Origin: Eledone cirrhosa
Lineage: Eukaryota
Direction of reading: 5' to 3'
Assembly: GCA_964016885.1 (NCBI GenBank)
Contig: OZ024742.1
Span: 124,620,001-124,684,000 of the forward strand
Length of the DNA: 64,000 bases
Below the pieces are notes generated by a model. That model worked only from the letters and a program-made list of their open reading frames with translations. It had not been told where the DNA came from and ran no database searches. Shown here in pieces: positions 28,095 to 41,170 of the stretch. A program made the translations under genes and the position numbers. Each line of letters starts with the position of its first letter. Position 1 is the first letter of the stretch.

Positions 28095-29240
28095 TGAAAT
28101 AACAGATTAAAGTTTAAGAAAAGAATAACTGATTCCACCCTTAACGGGATCTTCTGAAAGTAGAAAAATCAATCTGTGAACGCAAAAGTAAATATTTCGA
28201 AAAGCGATGCAACCGAAGAAATACAGGAAGACAATACTTTGGTGTGGAAGACGTTCCCTGGCAATGAACGGAAAAAAGCGAGTATAATACGTTGTTATGT
28301 GGAGCGATGAGCACAAATAACCGCGCAAAGACAAAACCACGTTTATAGTATAAATGGAGTCATAGATTAATATTCTATTTAGGAAACCGAAAGATTCTCG
28401 GCTTCGGAGTTAAGAATAATGTAAATAAATTAGTAGAAAGAAAATTAAAGAGGTTATTAAAGTAATAATAATTAAATATATACATACACACATCTATATA
28501 CGTACATACACGTACATACGCGAAAACACATGCCATGCATGCAAATACATGCACGTACACAACGCACACGCACTCATACGAATGTATACACCAAATACAC
28601 ATAAAATATATGTGTGTGTATATATACATATAATTATATAAACGTATATAACGCACGCACACACATACCTACAGGTAAATACACATATGTTCATCAAACA
28701 TAGATATATCAAAACTCAATGTACTCATATACACACCATACATAATAGTAGTAGCTGTAGTAATAGTAGTGGTAATGGGGGGTTGCAGTGATGAGGGGAT
28801 AGAAGCGTAAAATAGTAATGACAATAATAATTGTGAGGGAGGTGGTATGAAGAGATGATATGATTACAAAGCAGTGTAATAAAATGGGATGAGGAAATAG
28901 TGGCGACATTCAAATACAGTGGGGTGAGGTGGGTTAAATAGATGAAACGGCGAAATATAAAATAATAATATAATGATAACAGATGGATGATTAAGGTTGA
29001 AGTATTTTGTAAAGGATTATATTAATGGAGGTGAAGTTGATGGTAGTAGTGTGTATCAAAGTGTGTGTCTATAAAATAGCTGAGAGATCGTCGATTGATC
29101 ATATGTCCGATTGGTCAATGTAGATGATAGATGTATGAAGTTACCTATATGTAGCTGACAGTAAGGAGATGTAAAATTGGTTTGCCGGAGGATTTAGTAT
29201 GGATAGTGAAATTGCCGGATGGAATCATGCTCATCTCGGT
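28095..29240 (-). mobile_element. pLTR/3'UTR remnant of the 24380-26062 PLE family
   Basis: 28095-28720 is colinear with 24675-25400. Confidence 0.65.
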
Positions 29241-29244
29241 TTGC

Positions 29245-29885
29245 TGTTAGAAAATAATCAAATTAAATTAATTCAACAGTTAAACACACATAGGAATAAT
29301 AGGGTTATTACCAAAGAGCCAGAAGATTGACAAGTCGACCCTAAATATTATTAATAGATCTAGTAAAGCCATGAACAATCCACATCTTTTTAAATTTGAT
29401 TTTGAAAGTAGGTTTATAATTATCAATTTTCATTATACTTTTGTAGCTGTCTCGGTGGCAGAATTACCATAGATGGTGGTAATTCTGCTCTGAAGTTCGA
29501 GCCTGTTCCGGTGTAGTGTTCCCGGTAAACATTTTCAGTTTTTTCTATTGGTTGTAAAATAAAAACTGAAAATGTTCATATGTACCTCTTGACGAGGATT
29601 GAACCCAGCATCTCAATCTCCACCGTATCTAGTACCTATCACTAGGCCACAGGAAGAACTACGAAGAGCTTATGAACATTCATACTTATATACCTACTTT
29701 CAAAATTTCCGAAACAAAGTGTTGTGGTGTCCTTCATATCTTTCTTAATGTTATTGCTCCTACTTAAGGTCGACTTCTGAAACCTTTGGGCGTTCCCTAA
29801 ACTACATCCTTGTTTTGTTTCTCAACTATCTAGACTATATTTTAACCTGTAATCCATGTTTCATTTCTGTTCCATCTCATTCCCC
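29245..29885. repeat. ~640-bp unit containing two convergent tRNA-like Pol III modules (copy 1)
   Basis: Forward module ~29446-29544 (GGTGGCAGAATT, GTTCGAGCC, T-run). Reverse module ~29561-29660 (GTGGCCTAGTGA, GGTTCAATCC, T-run). Direct repeat at 31290-31930. Confidence 0.65.
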
Positions 29886-29994
29886 GCCTCTATCTCTGCG
29901 ATATTTGAAGCTACTATGATTTGGACTAGCTTTATTCATATATATGTTTTCGCATGTCAGATTCAAACTTACAATGATTGGCATATATATATAA

Positions 29995-30407
29995 AATATA
30001 TTAATAAATGGAATCTATATTTATAAAACCATAATTATTTTATTATATATACTTCAAGGGTGACCAATGTGAATTATGGTGCGCTTTCATCAGATAAAAT
30101 ACAGATTTGTTTTATAAATAAGAATTGACATACCCGGAAAAAAGACAACCTGAAGGGTTTGAATTCGCTGGATAGTATCTGGATACTATCTGAAATTCGC
30201 TGGATACTTTCCAGCGAATTTCAATCGTTGAGGTTGTTTTTTTCCGGGTATGTCAATATTTATTTATAAAACAAATCTGTATTTTATCTGACAAAAGCGC
30301 ATCATAATTTACCTGGGTCGCTTTTGAAATATATATAATAAAATAATTATGGTTTTATAAATATAGTTTCCATTTATTAATATATTGTATATTTACTCCA
30401 CTAACTC

Positions 30408-30410
<3 letters not shown>
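29995..30410. mobile_element. Fold-back pLTR pair with HHR motifs (family of 46958-47310; related to 18455/20005)
   Basis: Arms ~29995-30170 and ~30210-30386. The left arm (-) has CTGATGA..GAAG; the right arm has CTGACAA..GAAATATATATA-ATAAAATA. Confidence 0.75.
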
Positions 30411-30444
<34 letters not shown>

Positions 30445-30509
30445 CAAAGGAATTGTGGTAAGGAACCAGATGGACCATAACGCACCAGAGTACTCAATAC
30501 TTAGGGTAG

Positions 30510-30577
<68 letters not shown>

Positions 30578-30860
30578 AAGTGTTAAAAAAATCAAATTAT
30601 AGTTTAATACATTTATTTGCTACAATTTTTTCTTCCAGAGGGAAGTATGGGCTCACCGGAGCATAGGGAATGAATAAAACAGGTGATTAAAATGCTAGTT
30701 GTTCAGAAATGTTCTGAATGACAAGGATTTTAATCACATGTTTTGAAACTACTATATATATATATCCCTATACTCCGATGATTCCAAACTTCCCTCAGGA
30801 AGGAAAAATTGTCAGCAAATAAATGTATTAAACTAAGATTTGATTGTTGTAACACTTTGT
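30578..30860. mobile_element. Diverged fold-back pLTR pair with decayed HHR
   Basis: Complementary arms centred near 30710. The right arm reads CCGATGA-TTCC...GGAAAAATTGTC-AGCA. Confidence 0.6.
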
Positions 30861-31169
30861 ATCTCAGCTCTGTAAAACACTTGATAATGTGCATTGAGCC
30901 TTTTGCCATACCGGTAACCGGCTAGTACTTAGTACTACTCTCCATATTTATAATTGTAAATTAAAGATATATAAGTATAAATATTCTTATTATTATATAT
31001 ATATATATGTATGTAAAAGTTAAAAAGAAATAACAACACAATCGGTACAGTATATGGAAGGGATATATTAGGTTAACTCTATAGTAATAATAACAAATGT
31101 GAAAACTGAAATCCAAAGATGTCTCGATAAGTATAAATATATATCAAATATATAAAACCCATACAGCAA

Positions 31170-31271
31170 ATATTTATTAAAATAACAGATTAAAGTTTAA
31201 GCAAAGAATCGCGCTGCTTTCGAAAGCAGCGAATCTTTGCTTAAACTTTAATCTGTTATTTTAATAAATAT
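31170..31271. repeat. ~100-bp palindrome of the 24670-24720 pLTR end, folded at the GAAA
   Basis: Centre GCTGCTTTC|GAAAGCAGC. Confidence 0.85.
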
Positions 31272-31289
31272 ATATATACATATATTATT

Positions 31290-31930
31290 TGTTTGTTAAA
31301 ATAATCAAATTTAATTAATTCAACAGTTAAATATACATAGGAATAATAAGGTTGTTACCAAAGGGCCAGAAGATTGAGATGTCGCCGCTAAATATTACTC
31401 ATAGGTCTAGGAAAGCCATGAACGAGATCACTTTTTTTTTATTTGATTTTCAAAGTAGATTTACAACTATCAATTTTCATAATATATTTGTAGCTGTCTC
31501 GGTGCCCTAGTTGAACGATTCAGTGACGGCGGTGATCTTGGTCTGATGTTCAATCCTAGTCCGGAGTAGTGTTCTAGTAACCCCTTTCAGTTTTTTCTTT
31601 TGTTTGTAAAATAAAAACTGCATATATTTACATGTACCTCTTCAACAGGATTGAACTCGACGCCAAGATCATTATCGTCTCTAGTATCTACCGCTAGGCC
31701 ACAGAGACAAATCCGAAATTCTTATAAATATTCATACGTATAAACTTACTTCCAAATTTTAAACTTGTTGTGGTGTGGTTCATGTTTTTATTAATGTTAT
31801 TCTTCCTACTTAAACTCGACTTCTAAATCATTTGGGTGTTCCATAAACTACATCCTCGTTTTGTTTCTCATCTATCTAGACTATATTTTAACCTGTAATC
31901 CATGTTTCTTTTCTGTTCCATCACATTTCT
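31290..31930. repeat. ~640-bp unit with two convergent tRNA-like Pol III modules (copy 2)
   Basis: Forward module ~31490-31596. Reverse module ~31613-31710 (GTGGCCTAGCGG, GAGTTCAATCC). Confidence 0.65.
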
Positions 31931-31949
31931 CCAACTACCACTCCCTCTT

Positions 31950-32050
<101 letters not shown>

Positions 32051-32276
32051 TGGCGGACTAGGCCTAAAAATCTTGGTTGCCAGATAAAGGTGTGAGGGGG
32101 GGGGACTACATATTGAATGCTATTATTTAATTTTCATAATGAATAAATAACATTTTCAAAGAATAATTAAGTGGAAACAAGACAGGGCAATCAAATTTTT
32201 ACGGTAGAACATCTTACCTTCTCCAATAAAAAATGTTATGTATTTTGCAATAATGACATTTGGTCTTTCACAATCA

Positions 32277-32335
<59 letters not shown>

Positions 32336-32478
32336 AATTATATATCTATATATATCCATACATATAATATATACATATCACCCCCACCCCCTCTATCAAG
32401 CGTGAACCTAATACCAACACTGTTCGTAACTAGACTCCTTCTTTTTGTTCTTTGCCAATATATATTTTATATATATAG

Positions 32479-33077
32479 AGAGGTGATTACACAACAGTTA
32501 GTTCACCATACCGAGAACAATTGTTTCACCTTAGCGGATCTTCAGCTCGTAATGGACATGGTTATACGGAACAGGAAGTACAACCGTACGAACGCGCATG
32601 CGCAGAAACGATCACTTCACACAGGCAATACTAAATTGCGTGCGAGAGCTGTAATGGAGAGGTGTAATCCGTCGTGTGAACTATGTATTGATGAACGAAT
32701 AAATATTCTAAAGCGATTACGCAATAGTGATTTTCTAAACTCGAGAAATGAATTTTTCACACGTCTGGAAACACCTCTTACTAAACTACAAACTCAGCAT
32801 TGAATAACAACAACATCCTAATTTTCTTATCAACTACAAACTTTCGGACTTTCGCAGTTATCTCTCTTACACCTCTTGCACGCAATTTAGTGTTGCCTGT
32901 GTGAAATGATCGCTTCTGCGCATGCGCGTTCGTACGGTTGTCCTTTCTGTTCCGTCTAACCATGTCCATTACGAGCTGAAGATCCGCTAAGGTGAAACAA
33001 TTGTTCTCGGTATGGTGAACTAACTGTTGTGTAACCACTTCTACCTAACTCGTCCCATGGACTGAGTGCTCTACCAC
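32479..33077 (+). mobile_element. Short Penelope-like insertion: inverted pLTR + GIY-YIG tail + pLTR
   Basis: 32479-32648 is the reverse complement of ~32874-33042. The middle translates to CNPSCELCIDERINILKRLRNSDFLNSRNEFF. Confidence 0.85.
32972..33009 (+). ncRNA. Minimal type-I hammerhead ribozyme (38 nt; identical mirror copy at 32512-32549, -)
   Basis: CGAG-CTGAAGA-TCC GCTAA GGT-GAAACAATTGTT-CTCG. Stem III is the palindrome ACAAUUGU. Confidence 0.8.
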
Positions 33078-33599
33078 TATATATATATATATATATGTTT
33101 GAGTGTCTGTATCTATATATGTATGTTTGCATGCATGAATGAATACTCTAAGCTTTATATTTAGTAGAATGTTCAACCACTGATTCCAGCTATTTGCACT
33201 ATCGTATATTTTCGTTTCTAGTAATTCCCCGGGGAATTGGTTGACCAAATGCTCTGCTTAATTGTTTTATTTCTTTTATTTTTTATTCTTTCTCTTAGAT
33301 TTCAGGTATCTTTTTAAAGCTTTGGTCCCTAAAATACTACAGTGGCCCCTGCAACGCTAATGTGGGGTCTTGCAATGGTACCACGGGTCCTCTGATGTCC
33401 ACTTGCCACTGGGCAACCTGGCAACCTGGCAACCTAGCCTGTTCGTCACTCTATGTATGTATATAGATCGTTTCTTGAGAAAACTTTCGTCACTGCCTGA
33501 TATCTGATGAACGATACTACAAGTGTTTAATGTTGTTGCAGCCATACAATTAGCAGACGCTTATATAGGACTTATTTAGATAAACTTAATATCGAAATA

Positions 33600-34031
33600 C
33601 TAAGCAAACCTCAGTTGTTGTCTTCCTGTTTCTTCTACAACAACTACATCGATGGGGCCCACCCACAGCCCCGGCTGACAGAATGGAGATGGCGTTTCCC
33701 CGGAGTACGGCGAGGGAGACGCGCTGGAAGATCCACTCCAACTCGCGGGGCTTACACCTGCGGCTGGCCAGATCAGCGTCTATGGTGGTGAGTAAGTAGG
33801 TATCCCTGGGGCTGAGATCACCAGAAGTCTCCAATGCCAGGGGTACGACCGCAAACCTATCGGAGAGCGACCGGTATTTGAGGAGTTTGCCCCCCTCAGT
33901 CCGACATGCAGCAGAACCTGGGACAGTCGCAGACTGCACCAGGTTGCAGCTGCAGAAAGTGTCTGTGCAAGTGGCATCCCAGACGAAGGGTTTGCCACCG
34001 TGGAACGGGAAGGTGGTTATGGCATCGGGCC
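33600..34031 (-). mobile_element. 3' fragment of CRE-type non-LTR retrotransposon (restriction-like endonuclease)
   Basis: PDAITTFPFHGGKPFVWDATCTDTF...KLLKYRSLSDRFAVVPLALETSG...IFQRVSLAVLRGNAISIL. GC-rich island. Confidence 0.8.
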
Positions 34032-34654
34032 ATATGTATGTACATATAATGTACTACGTGTGTATGTGTCTATGAGTGTGTGTTTGGCCAATGGGAGATC
34101 TGTGGTCTCGGATGTGTTTATGTCTAAGATAAAATTCATCAAGACAAAATTTCATCTTCACAGGTTCGATAAATAAATTCGGATTCCAATAATATGATCC
34201 GACCTTCACACTGACACTGCTTTGGCAGCCCTGCCGTCCTTTTTTTATTCTTAAGACATCAGTGATTCAGCGGTAAATGGTGTCTAAATTATGGAAAAAT
34301 TGAATGTAAAATGCTCGACGACAAATACCATGATGATTATGATGATGATGATCATTATCATCATGGTGATCTTTACACGAACACATGCACGCATGTGTGA
34401 CTGGAAATACACGAATAGCTTACAAAAATATATAAACATCAAAAAGTAATTTCTTCTTTTCAGCTGTTTTACAATTCCGTCTATGAGAATTTTATCAAAT
34501 ACGCCATCATTTAAGTATGTTAGAAGCAGATTGGAATTTTCTCCGTATATGTAGCCTACATTGCGACTGAGGTATATCGATTATCCCAGCAATTCAAGAG
34601 AGTTATTCATTGAAAATAGTATATCCCTGTATATACTTCCTTTTTGAATGTGCA

Positions 34655-34758
34655 CTTCTGTGCATTGGGAGATCACAGCTCCGATATTACGGGCATGGGG
34701 TTAAAATGTCTCAAGAAAGAATTACTGGACAGATTTTACGGACAAAACCAACTGGCAT
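34655..34758 (+). mobile_element. RTE-type LINE ORF2 C-terminal fragment
   Basis: LLCIGRSQLRYYGHGVKMSQERITGQILRTKPTG matches the RTE motif 'QLRWxGHVxRM'. Confidence 0.7.
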
Positions 34759-35715
34759 CATGTTTTTAATGAAGAGATGGGATCGCCCATTACACTTGCC
34801 AAGGTTTCTGAGTCAAATGTGATCCCTTCTGAATGGTTTCAAGAATGTTTGCCCCAGTAATGACACTCAGGTATCAAGTGGTAATATTAAACTAGACGAC
34901 GAATTATGATTACCAAATGATATAATGGATTTTGACGAATTTCCACTAAATTCCACGAACAATAATTGTGTACCTGGCAACTGCATAAAGTACCACGCAG
35001 TGATATTGAAAATGAAACAGTGTAGCTAGTAAGTGTGGGGTTCTAACCCCACAGGCATATTTGCTTTAACTACTGGTGTGAAGTAAATATTCATTTTAAG
35101 GCTTTAAATTACAATGTATGCATTAGAAAAATTTTATTTAACATTGCTTTCCTTATAACTCTATTTAAAATATGCAGACCTGTAAAGATGAATATATAAT
35201 AACTATAATTTTTGAATTATTCAAAGAGAAGAATGAGTAACTGGTGAACTATTTAAATTGTTGGGGTCTTAGAAGACCATTAGCTAGTGTAATTTAGAAA
35301 TTTCCAGAGATGGTCGATAAAAAGAATTTTGATTCAGTATCCAAATTCATGAAACACCCGTTTATTCTACAATGTGGCCAAAATCTAAAATATTGATTCG
35401 AGCTAATTCCATTGAATTTCATCACTGTTGTGTGTGATTGAAACATTTGAGAAGTAAATGCCTTGGTTGCAGACACATAGTAGTAACATTTGTTATTTGT
35501 TTGCTTATATTAGTTGTAATTCTCACTTAAATTTAATTTGTTTTCAAAAAGTGACGTCATAATAATTTATAATTTATTGGATTAGCACTGTGTACTTTAA
35601 TAAAACAGTTCACACAATAGTTTTACATTCATGAGATGATAAGTAAAAATGTGAAATCCTTTAAACACATGAATAAATAAATATCTTAATGCGTGACATT
35701 ATTTTGTCTTATCAA

Positions 35716-35889
35716 GGGCGGTGAATTGGCAGTATCGGTAGAGGGTTGGACGCCATGCTTTCTAGCTCAGTTACGTCCCTTTACGGTCCGAGTTCAAATC
35801 CCGCCGAGGTTAACTTTGCCTTTCATCCTTACGGGGTCGATAAAATAAAGTACTGGGTAATTAGTGGCCTTGTGCCTAAAGTAGAAACA
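35716..35889 (+). mobile_element. Full-length tRNA-derived SINE with 18-bp TSD
   Basis: A box TGGCAGTATCGG and B box GAGTTCAAATCC. TSD ATTATTTTGTCTTATCAA at 35698-35715 and 35890-35907. Confidence 0.9.
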
Positions 35890-36177
35890 ATTATTTTGTC
35901 TTATCAAAATATTTTAAAAAGTTACTTTTTGAAATCTATATAATTCATTCTTTCTGTATATATGTTCCTCTGGTTTTATAATTTCACAAATTTGTTTTAC
36001 CAGTAGAGAGACAGTTTCTAACATAGATACAAGACTCTCTCACTGAAATTTATACATCAACTAGATAGATATGTATGCATGCATGTGTGTGTAGGTATGG
36101 ATGGTATCGTATGTGTGGATGTGGATGTTTTGAGTTATATATGTGCATGCTTTGTATCTGTACATGTGGACAGGGAT

Positions 36178-37345
36178 TTATTAAATGGAGAATTTTTGGA
36201 ATGTTTTACATATTTTTACTGTTCCATTAATGGGTTGTACTTGTAATTTGATAACTAGTCCTGTTCTTTCTGTTACCGTAGCTTCTCAAGATTTCTTGTT
36301 AGGCAGTTAATAAGATATCCCAGTGATTCAATAATCACAGGCATAAATCTAAAATATAGTCAGGGTAGAGTATCTGTAGATTTCTGTAGAAGTTCTGCAT
36401 AGATATTCTACTTTTCGCTAATCTTTGTTATTATATTGGCATCTGCTGGGCACCGAAATTCAACCACTGTGCATGCCTTCCTTTCCCTGTCCCATATCAT
36501 TATATCTGATCTGTTATACCTGCATTTTATTTGGGTTTTTATTGGAACATTCCACCAGTTCTCTTTCATAACATGTATATGTATGTCTTCCACATTGCTG
36601 TAGCTTTTAATGTGTTTATTGTATCTTTTCTACGGATTGAATTGTACAGTGTTTGGGCCACTACATCAATCTCCGTAGGTAGATAGTACTGTGATGACAT
36701 CTTTGTACAGCTGCTTATGACATGGGTGACATCGTCGATATTAATTTTGCAGTGTCTGCACTTGTTGTCACATCTCATTGTTTTGCTTGCATCCCTATAT
36801 TTCTTGTATTTTGTGTTGACTTCCTGTTCTTGGATTGCAAAAGCATATTCTTCAAAGTAGGAGCCAATATATCGGTTGTTATTCCAAGAGTAATTTGCTT
36901 ATATATATATATTACTCTCACTATGGAGATACCTGGTAACATATCCATGCTTATTCATCCAGTTTTTCATCCACGGATTCGCTACTATATTGTTGTGCAA
37001 TTTCCCTGGGTGAGTGTTTTTATTATCACGCAAGGAGTATAGTTCAAGGAGTTCCTTCCCAGCTCTCATGATCTTATCTGTCTCATGCAGACAGACTAGC
37101 TCTATAGATAGGCTCCTTCCCTTGAAGGTTTGTAAATGTTGTCGGAGCGATATGATGCGACACTCAAATGGTGTCTGGACCGATGTTAGGCGTTTGCCTC
37201 CCTGCTTACGTTTCAAGTAGAGGCGGCTTATATCACTGTTGATGTGGAAGTTTCCAGTGCTGTTTACAATTTTTTTAGTTTTAACATCAATTGCTCGGAT
37301 TTTGTCTATCGTCCACGCTGGTGTCAGGACAGACACAACCAACAC
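36178..37345 (-). mobile_element. 3' fragment of R4/Dong-type non-LTR retrotransposon (post-RT, CCHC, RLE)
   Basis: WTIDKIRAIDVKTKK..GNFHINSDISRLYLKRKQGG, then AFAIQEQEVNTKY, CRHCKINIDDVTHVISSC and NRSDIMIWDRERKACTVVEFRCP. Frameshifted. Confidence 0.85.
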
Positions 37346-37555
37346 ATTGTGAGCCGTGCGCAGAGAGTTCTGATGACCATAAATTTCTTAATCGGGTGTA
37401 ATATTTCCTGGTCACGCGTTCCTTATTACAAATATTATTACAGTTTATATGTATGTATGGATTGTATATGTATGTATGTATGCTTTTATGTATGTTTCCC
37501 TAGAAAATTAAGATAAATTCGCACAATTGTTTCAAGGAAGTAATTTTGGTTTGTG

Positions 37556-37561
<6 letters not shown>

Positions 37562-37652
<91 letters not shown>
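37562..37652. repeat. (CT)n microsatellite
   Basis: Read directly. Confidence 0.95.
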
Positions 37653-37654
<2 letters not shown>

Positions 37655-37774
37655 AGTTAAAGGAATAAAAGTGTGAGCCTACAAGGGAGCAACTATACTG
37701 TCGCTGGGCACACTAGAGGAGACATGAAAATCATTCATATATCACACACTAAACTTTTTTTTAAATTACTATGT

Positions 37775-37920
37775 ATTGCAGTATCGTTAGCGCGTCGTAT
37801 GGTATGGCTTTGCGGTATGCGTTCTGGCGCTCCGCTCTCATAGTTTAAAACCTACCGAGGTCAACTTTGCTTTTCATCCTTTGGATGTCGATAATTACCG
37901 TACCAGTCAAGTACTGGGTC
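37775..37920 (+). mobile_element. Decayed SINE (35716 family)
   Basis: CCGAGGTCAACTTTGCTTTTCATCC..GTCGATAA..GTACCAGT. Confidence 0.65.
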
Positions 37921-40057
37921 GGTTCTTTTTCTATATCCCTATCTCATTTTCTTCTCTCTCCCTTTCTATCTTTCACTGGGTGAATCTACAATATTCAGAC
38001 CTAGAAAGGAAATGGGCTCCACCAGGCTTAAATCACCAAAGAAACGCCGACTGCAGTAGAAGTAACGAGGTCATGTCATACCATATTAGTACATGTGGTG
38101 CTTAAATCACTGCAAACCAAACAAATAAATAATAAATTATGCAATGATCCGATTCAGAACTTCATTTTCTCATCAATGCTCAATTAGGTGTGGTCTCAAA
38201 ACTAAGTGGCTCCACCAACACTAGCTCCACCAACAAAGTAACACTACGACAACAACGACCCTAGCAATAAGAAAAGCAATAGCGACAGTGACTTCAACAA
38301 TAACAGCAACGAACGTGTGAATTGTTTTACAATATTCTCTTTACTTATCAGAGCAGACACACTGTTTACAATGTGTAAACACATTTATCTTTCAATCCTA
38401 GTTGACTAATCACTAAAGCTTAAATATAAACAAATGACGCTGTAAGAAAACTCGGAATCCTTCATGTGGAATAGAGATTAGTTGAATAGTTAAAACTAGC
38501 TAATCAAATTTTCACAATTAGCGAACACCGTATACATTTATACAAACATATACATATTGCCAAAAGTAAATAGAATTCAATTGGATTCTGACGAGTTCGA
38601 ACAACGGGACGGCCAACACATGAACAATTTATGCTGAGTTTTCTACTGATATATGAGCATTTAACGCAATTCTCAGGGAGATTCACTGAATGATACAACT
38701 CTTTTGTTTTTAATTTATAGGTTAATTCCATTCGACGGGAAATGTGCTTCTATCTAATTTATCTTCTAAGGTGTGGGTAGACACAAAGCATACCTAACGC
38801 ATACTCAAGATGATATACAGTTGGATCGAACGTGATTAAGAAACAAACATCTTAGGCATCCAGTCATGCTTGTGTTTTAGTACATGTTAGCATATATATA
38901 TAAATATTCGAGTGTACTATTGTCTCTCGTAACGTTCTCGCCGTTGTATACAACACGACAGACTAACGAAATATATCTCAAATTTGTAGTGATGCCGCAG
39001 CCTTTATTATCTGTTTTCAGATGAATTTCCCTTTAAGGAAACAGTCCGAACGATGTCTTGTCCACATGCTTTCCCTATGTTGGCAGCTGTACTTCATATT
39101 CTCATATAACATTAAACATATCCTGATATTTCACAAATTGGAAGTAAATTAATCGGAAATTGCACGTGTAACCCAGTCTCTAATTCCGATTTGTGGCACT
39201 GTAGTCACGTCATTGGAGGGAGTGCATAGCTTATTCAACTGAAATATCTGGACAACCAGCCAAGGTGTCAACAATCAGTATTCCATAAAACCAATAATGA
39301 TATCATAGGCCCAGGTGCATAACTAGGGAAAATAGCGCCTATTGCAAGCAGAAAAAATTGCACCCCTTCCCAGCACTGTATGCTCACCTATGGACCTAAT
39401 AATTTATATAAATGGATATTTATACTGTGCAACTGACGCTTTTGTAGTAATATGGTATAAGGAAACTTAAGAATGTAAAAGTAAACTTTTTCAAATATCT
39501 TAAAACAAAAATAGAATTCAATATGTTATTGTATATTATCTACAAAAGAGAAAACATTACAACAGCACGGTGCCCTTAAATTTTGCACGAATAATCTCTC
39601 TGAAATCTAAATGACAAAAAAAGAAAGAATATGTAGAATATTATAATATTCTCTACGCTATATCTGAAAAATACTTGATGGTCACAACTGGGACGTTTTT
39701 ATTTTCCATCATGGGACTATTGGATTTAAGCTAGAATGGAGCTAACCAAAATGAGGAATAATAAACAAACTAAGACAACATTACTACTACAATGTTTCTA
39801 ATTTCTGTACCACAGAGTTATGCTGGTATTCAGAAATTTGGATGTTCCAAATTTCGAGAAAATTTCATACAAGATGAAGAAGAAATGAAAATCTGTAAAA
39901 AAACAAATAACAACTTGATGAATTTTAGGGTCAAATTTATTAAAGGGGAATAAATAAAAGAGAATGTATATGGTTGAAATAACAATGGTTTGTGATTTAC
40001 ACTCTTGACCACCAATATGGAAGGATGGAGAAAACCAAATAGATTGAACCCAGTGAA

Positions 40058-40190
40058 TTATTCTATCGACCCCGCAAGGATGAAAGGCAAAGCTAATCTG
40101 GATTTGAACTCAGAACCTAAAGGGCATTAATTACGTGCCAGAAAATATATTGTCCGACACTCATCTGATACTGCCAATCCATTGCCCTTT
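40058..40190 (-). mobile_element. Decayed SINE (35716 family)
   Basis: TATCGACCCCGCAAGGATGAAAGGCAAAG..GATTTGAACTCAGAAC..GATACTGCCAAT. Confidence 0.7.
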
Positions 40191-40849
40191 ATAGACGAAA
40201 TAATAATAGAAATTAATTTATAGTAGAAATTTAATAGAAGTAACTGGCATAGGGATACTTTGATGGTTACCTTATTTTTCTGGACGTTAACTTAGATATT
40301 ACCCAGCAATTTTGAATTGAGATTATTAAATAGCAGTATTTACAACACCTTAAATGTTACTGGAGGACAAGATTAATAAGAGACAAAATCATGAAGGTGT
40401 AATAATTAATTGAAATTGGTGAAATTAATTTAAAATATAGCGATTTATAGTTTCAAACAGCCTCAGTGACGTCAAATGTTATACAATGCGTGGATGCAAT
40501 TTGTATTCTAGTTTCATGTTGCGGGCTAAGATGCTAGAAGCGTAAAACAAATCGACCTGTTGATTGAATAACGAAATTTGCAACAATTAGATGAGGTCGT
40601 TTCTAGAATAATTTGTCAGCCACCTATTTCTTAAAATTGATACACATAAGGATGCATTTCCCATTATTTGTATGTATCAGATCCACCCAGAAAAATGCGT
40701 ATATATAACTACAAGGGATCTGCGTGTGGGTAAACAGGAAGAAATATACGTTAAATAAGATGATTCCGTACGTGAAGAAAGGCTATCAAAGTCTGCAGTG
40801 GATGCTGAAATTTAGGTGTCGCCGTTAAATCCTGGATTCATGTACTCAA

Positions 40850-41170
40850 GCATTTTCTAATAGGAATTTATTCAGGAGAGAAATGTGTTTTCCGCTTGAA
40901 TTTGCTTCTATACAAACAAGACAATGTTTCTTCCACTTACTTGTCTTGTGGTATCTGTAGGTTTGTAATTTAGGGGTTATAGTCCATTTGATTGTCTATT
41001 CACCAGTATTGTTCTTGCCAAATATGTTTGGGTGATAAGAGGTAGTTTCTGCGGTTCATAAGATGAACAGAAATGTATGTTTTATATATTGAGTTTTTGT
41101 TTGAGCTATGTTATAATAGCAATATACGCTTTTTGTTGCACCAATATGTTTCACATCGGCTTCATCCATC
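40850..41170 (-). pseudogene. Highly decayed PLE GIY-YIG remnant
   Basis: Scattered motifs in the expected order across frames: KHIGAT, KHIWQ, TIKWTI, CLVCIE, LLNK. Confidence 0.45.

Noticed and set aside
32171-33038. Two ORFs sharing the peptide TQQLVHHTENNCFTLADLQLVMDMV as duplicated genes
   Set aside because: They are antisense translations of the two inverted pLTR arms.
38588-38615. CTGACGA plus hairpin as a hammerhead
   Set aside because: GAAA is replaced by GGCC, and stems I and III are absent.
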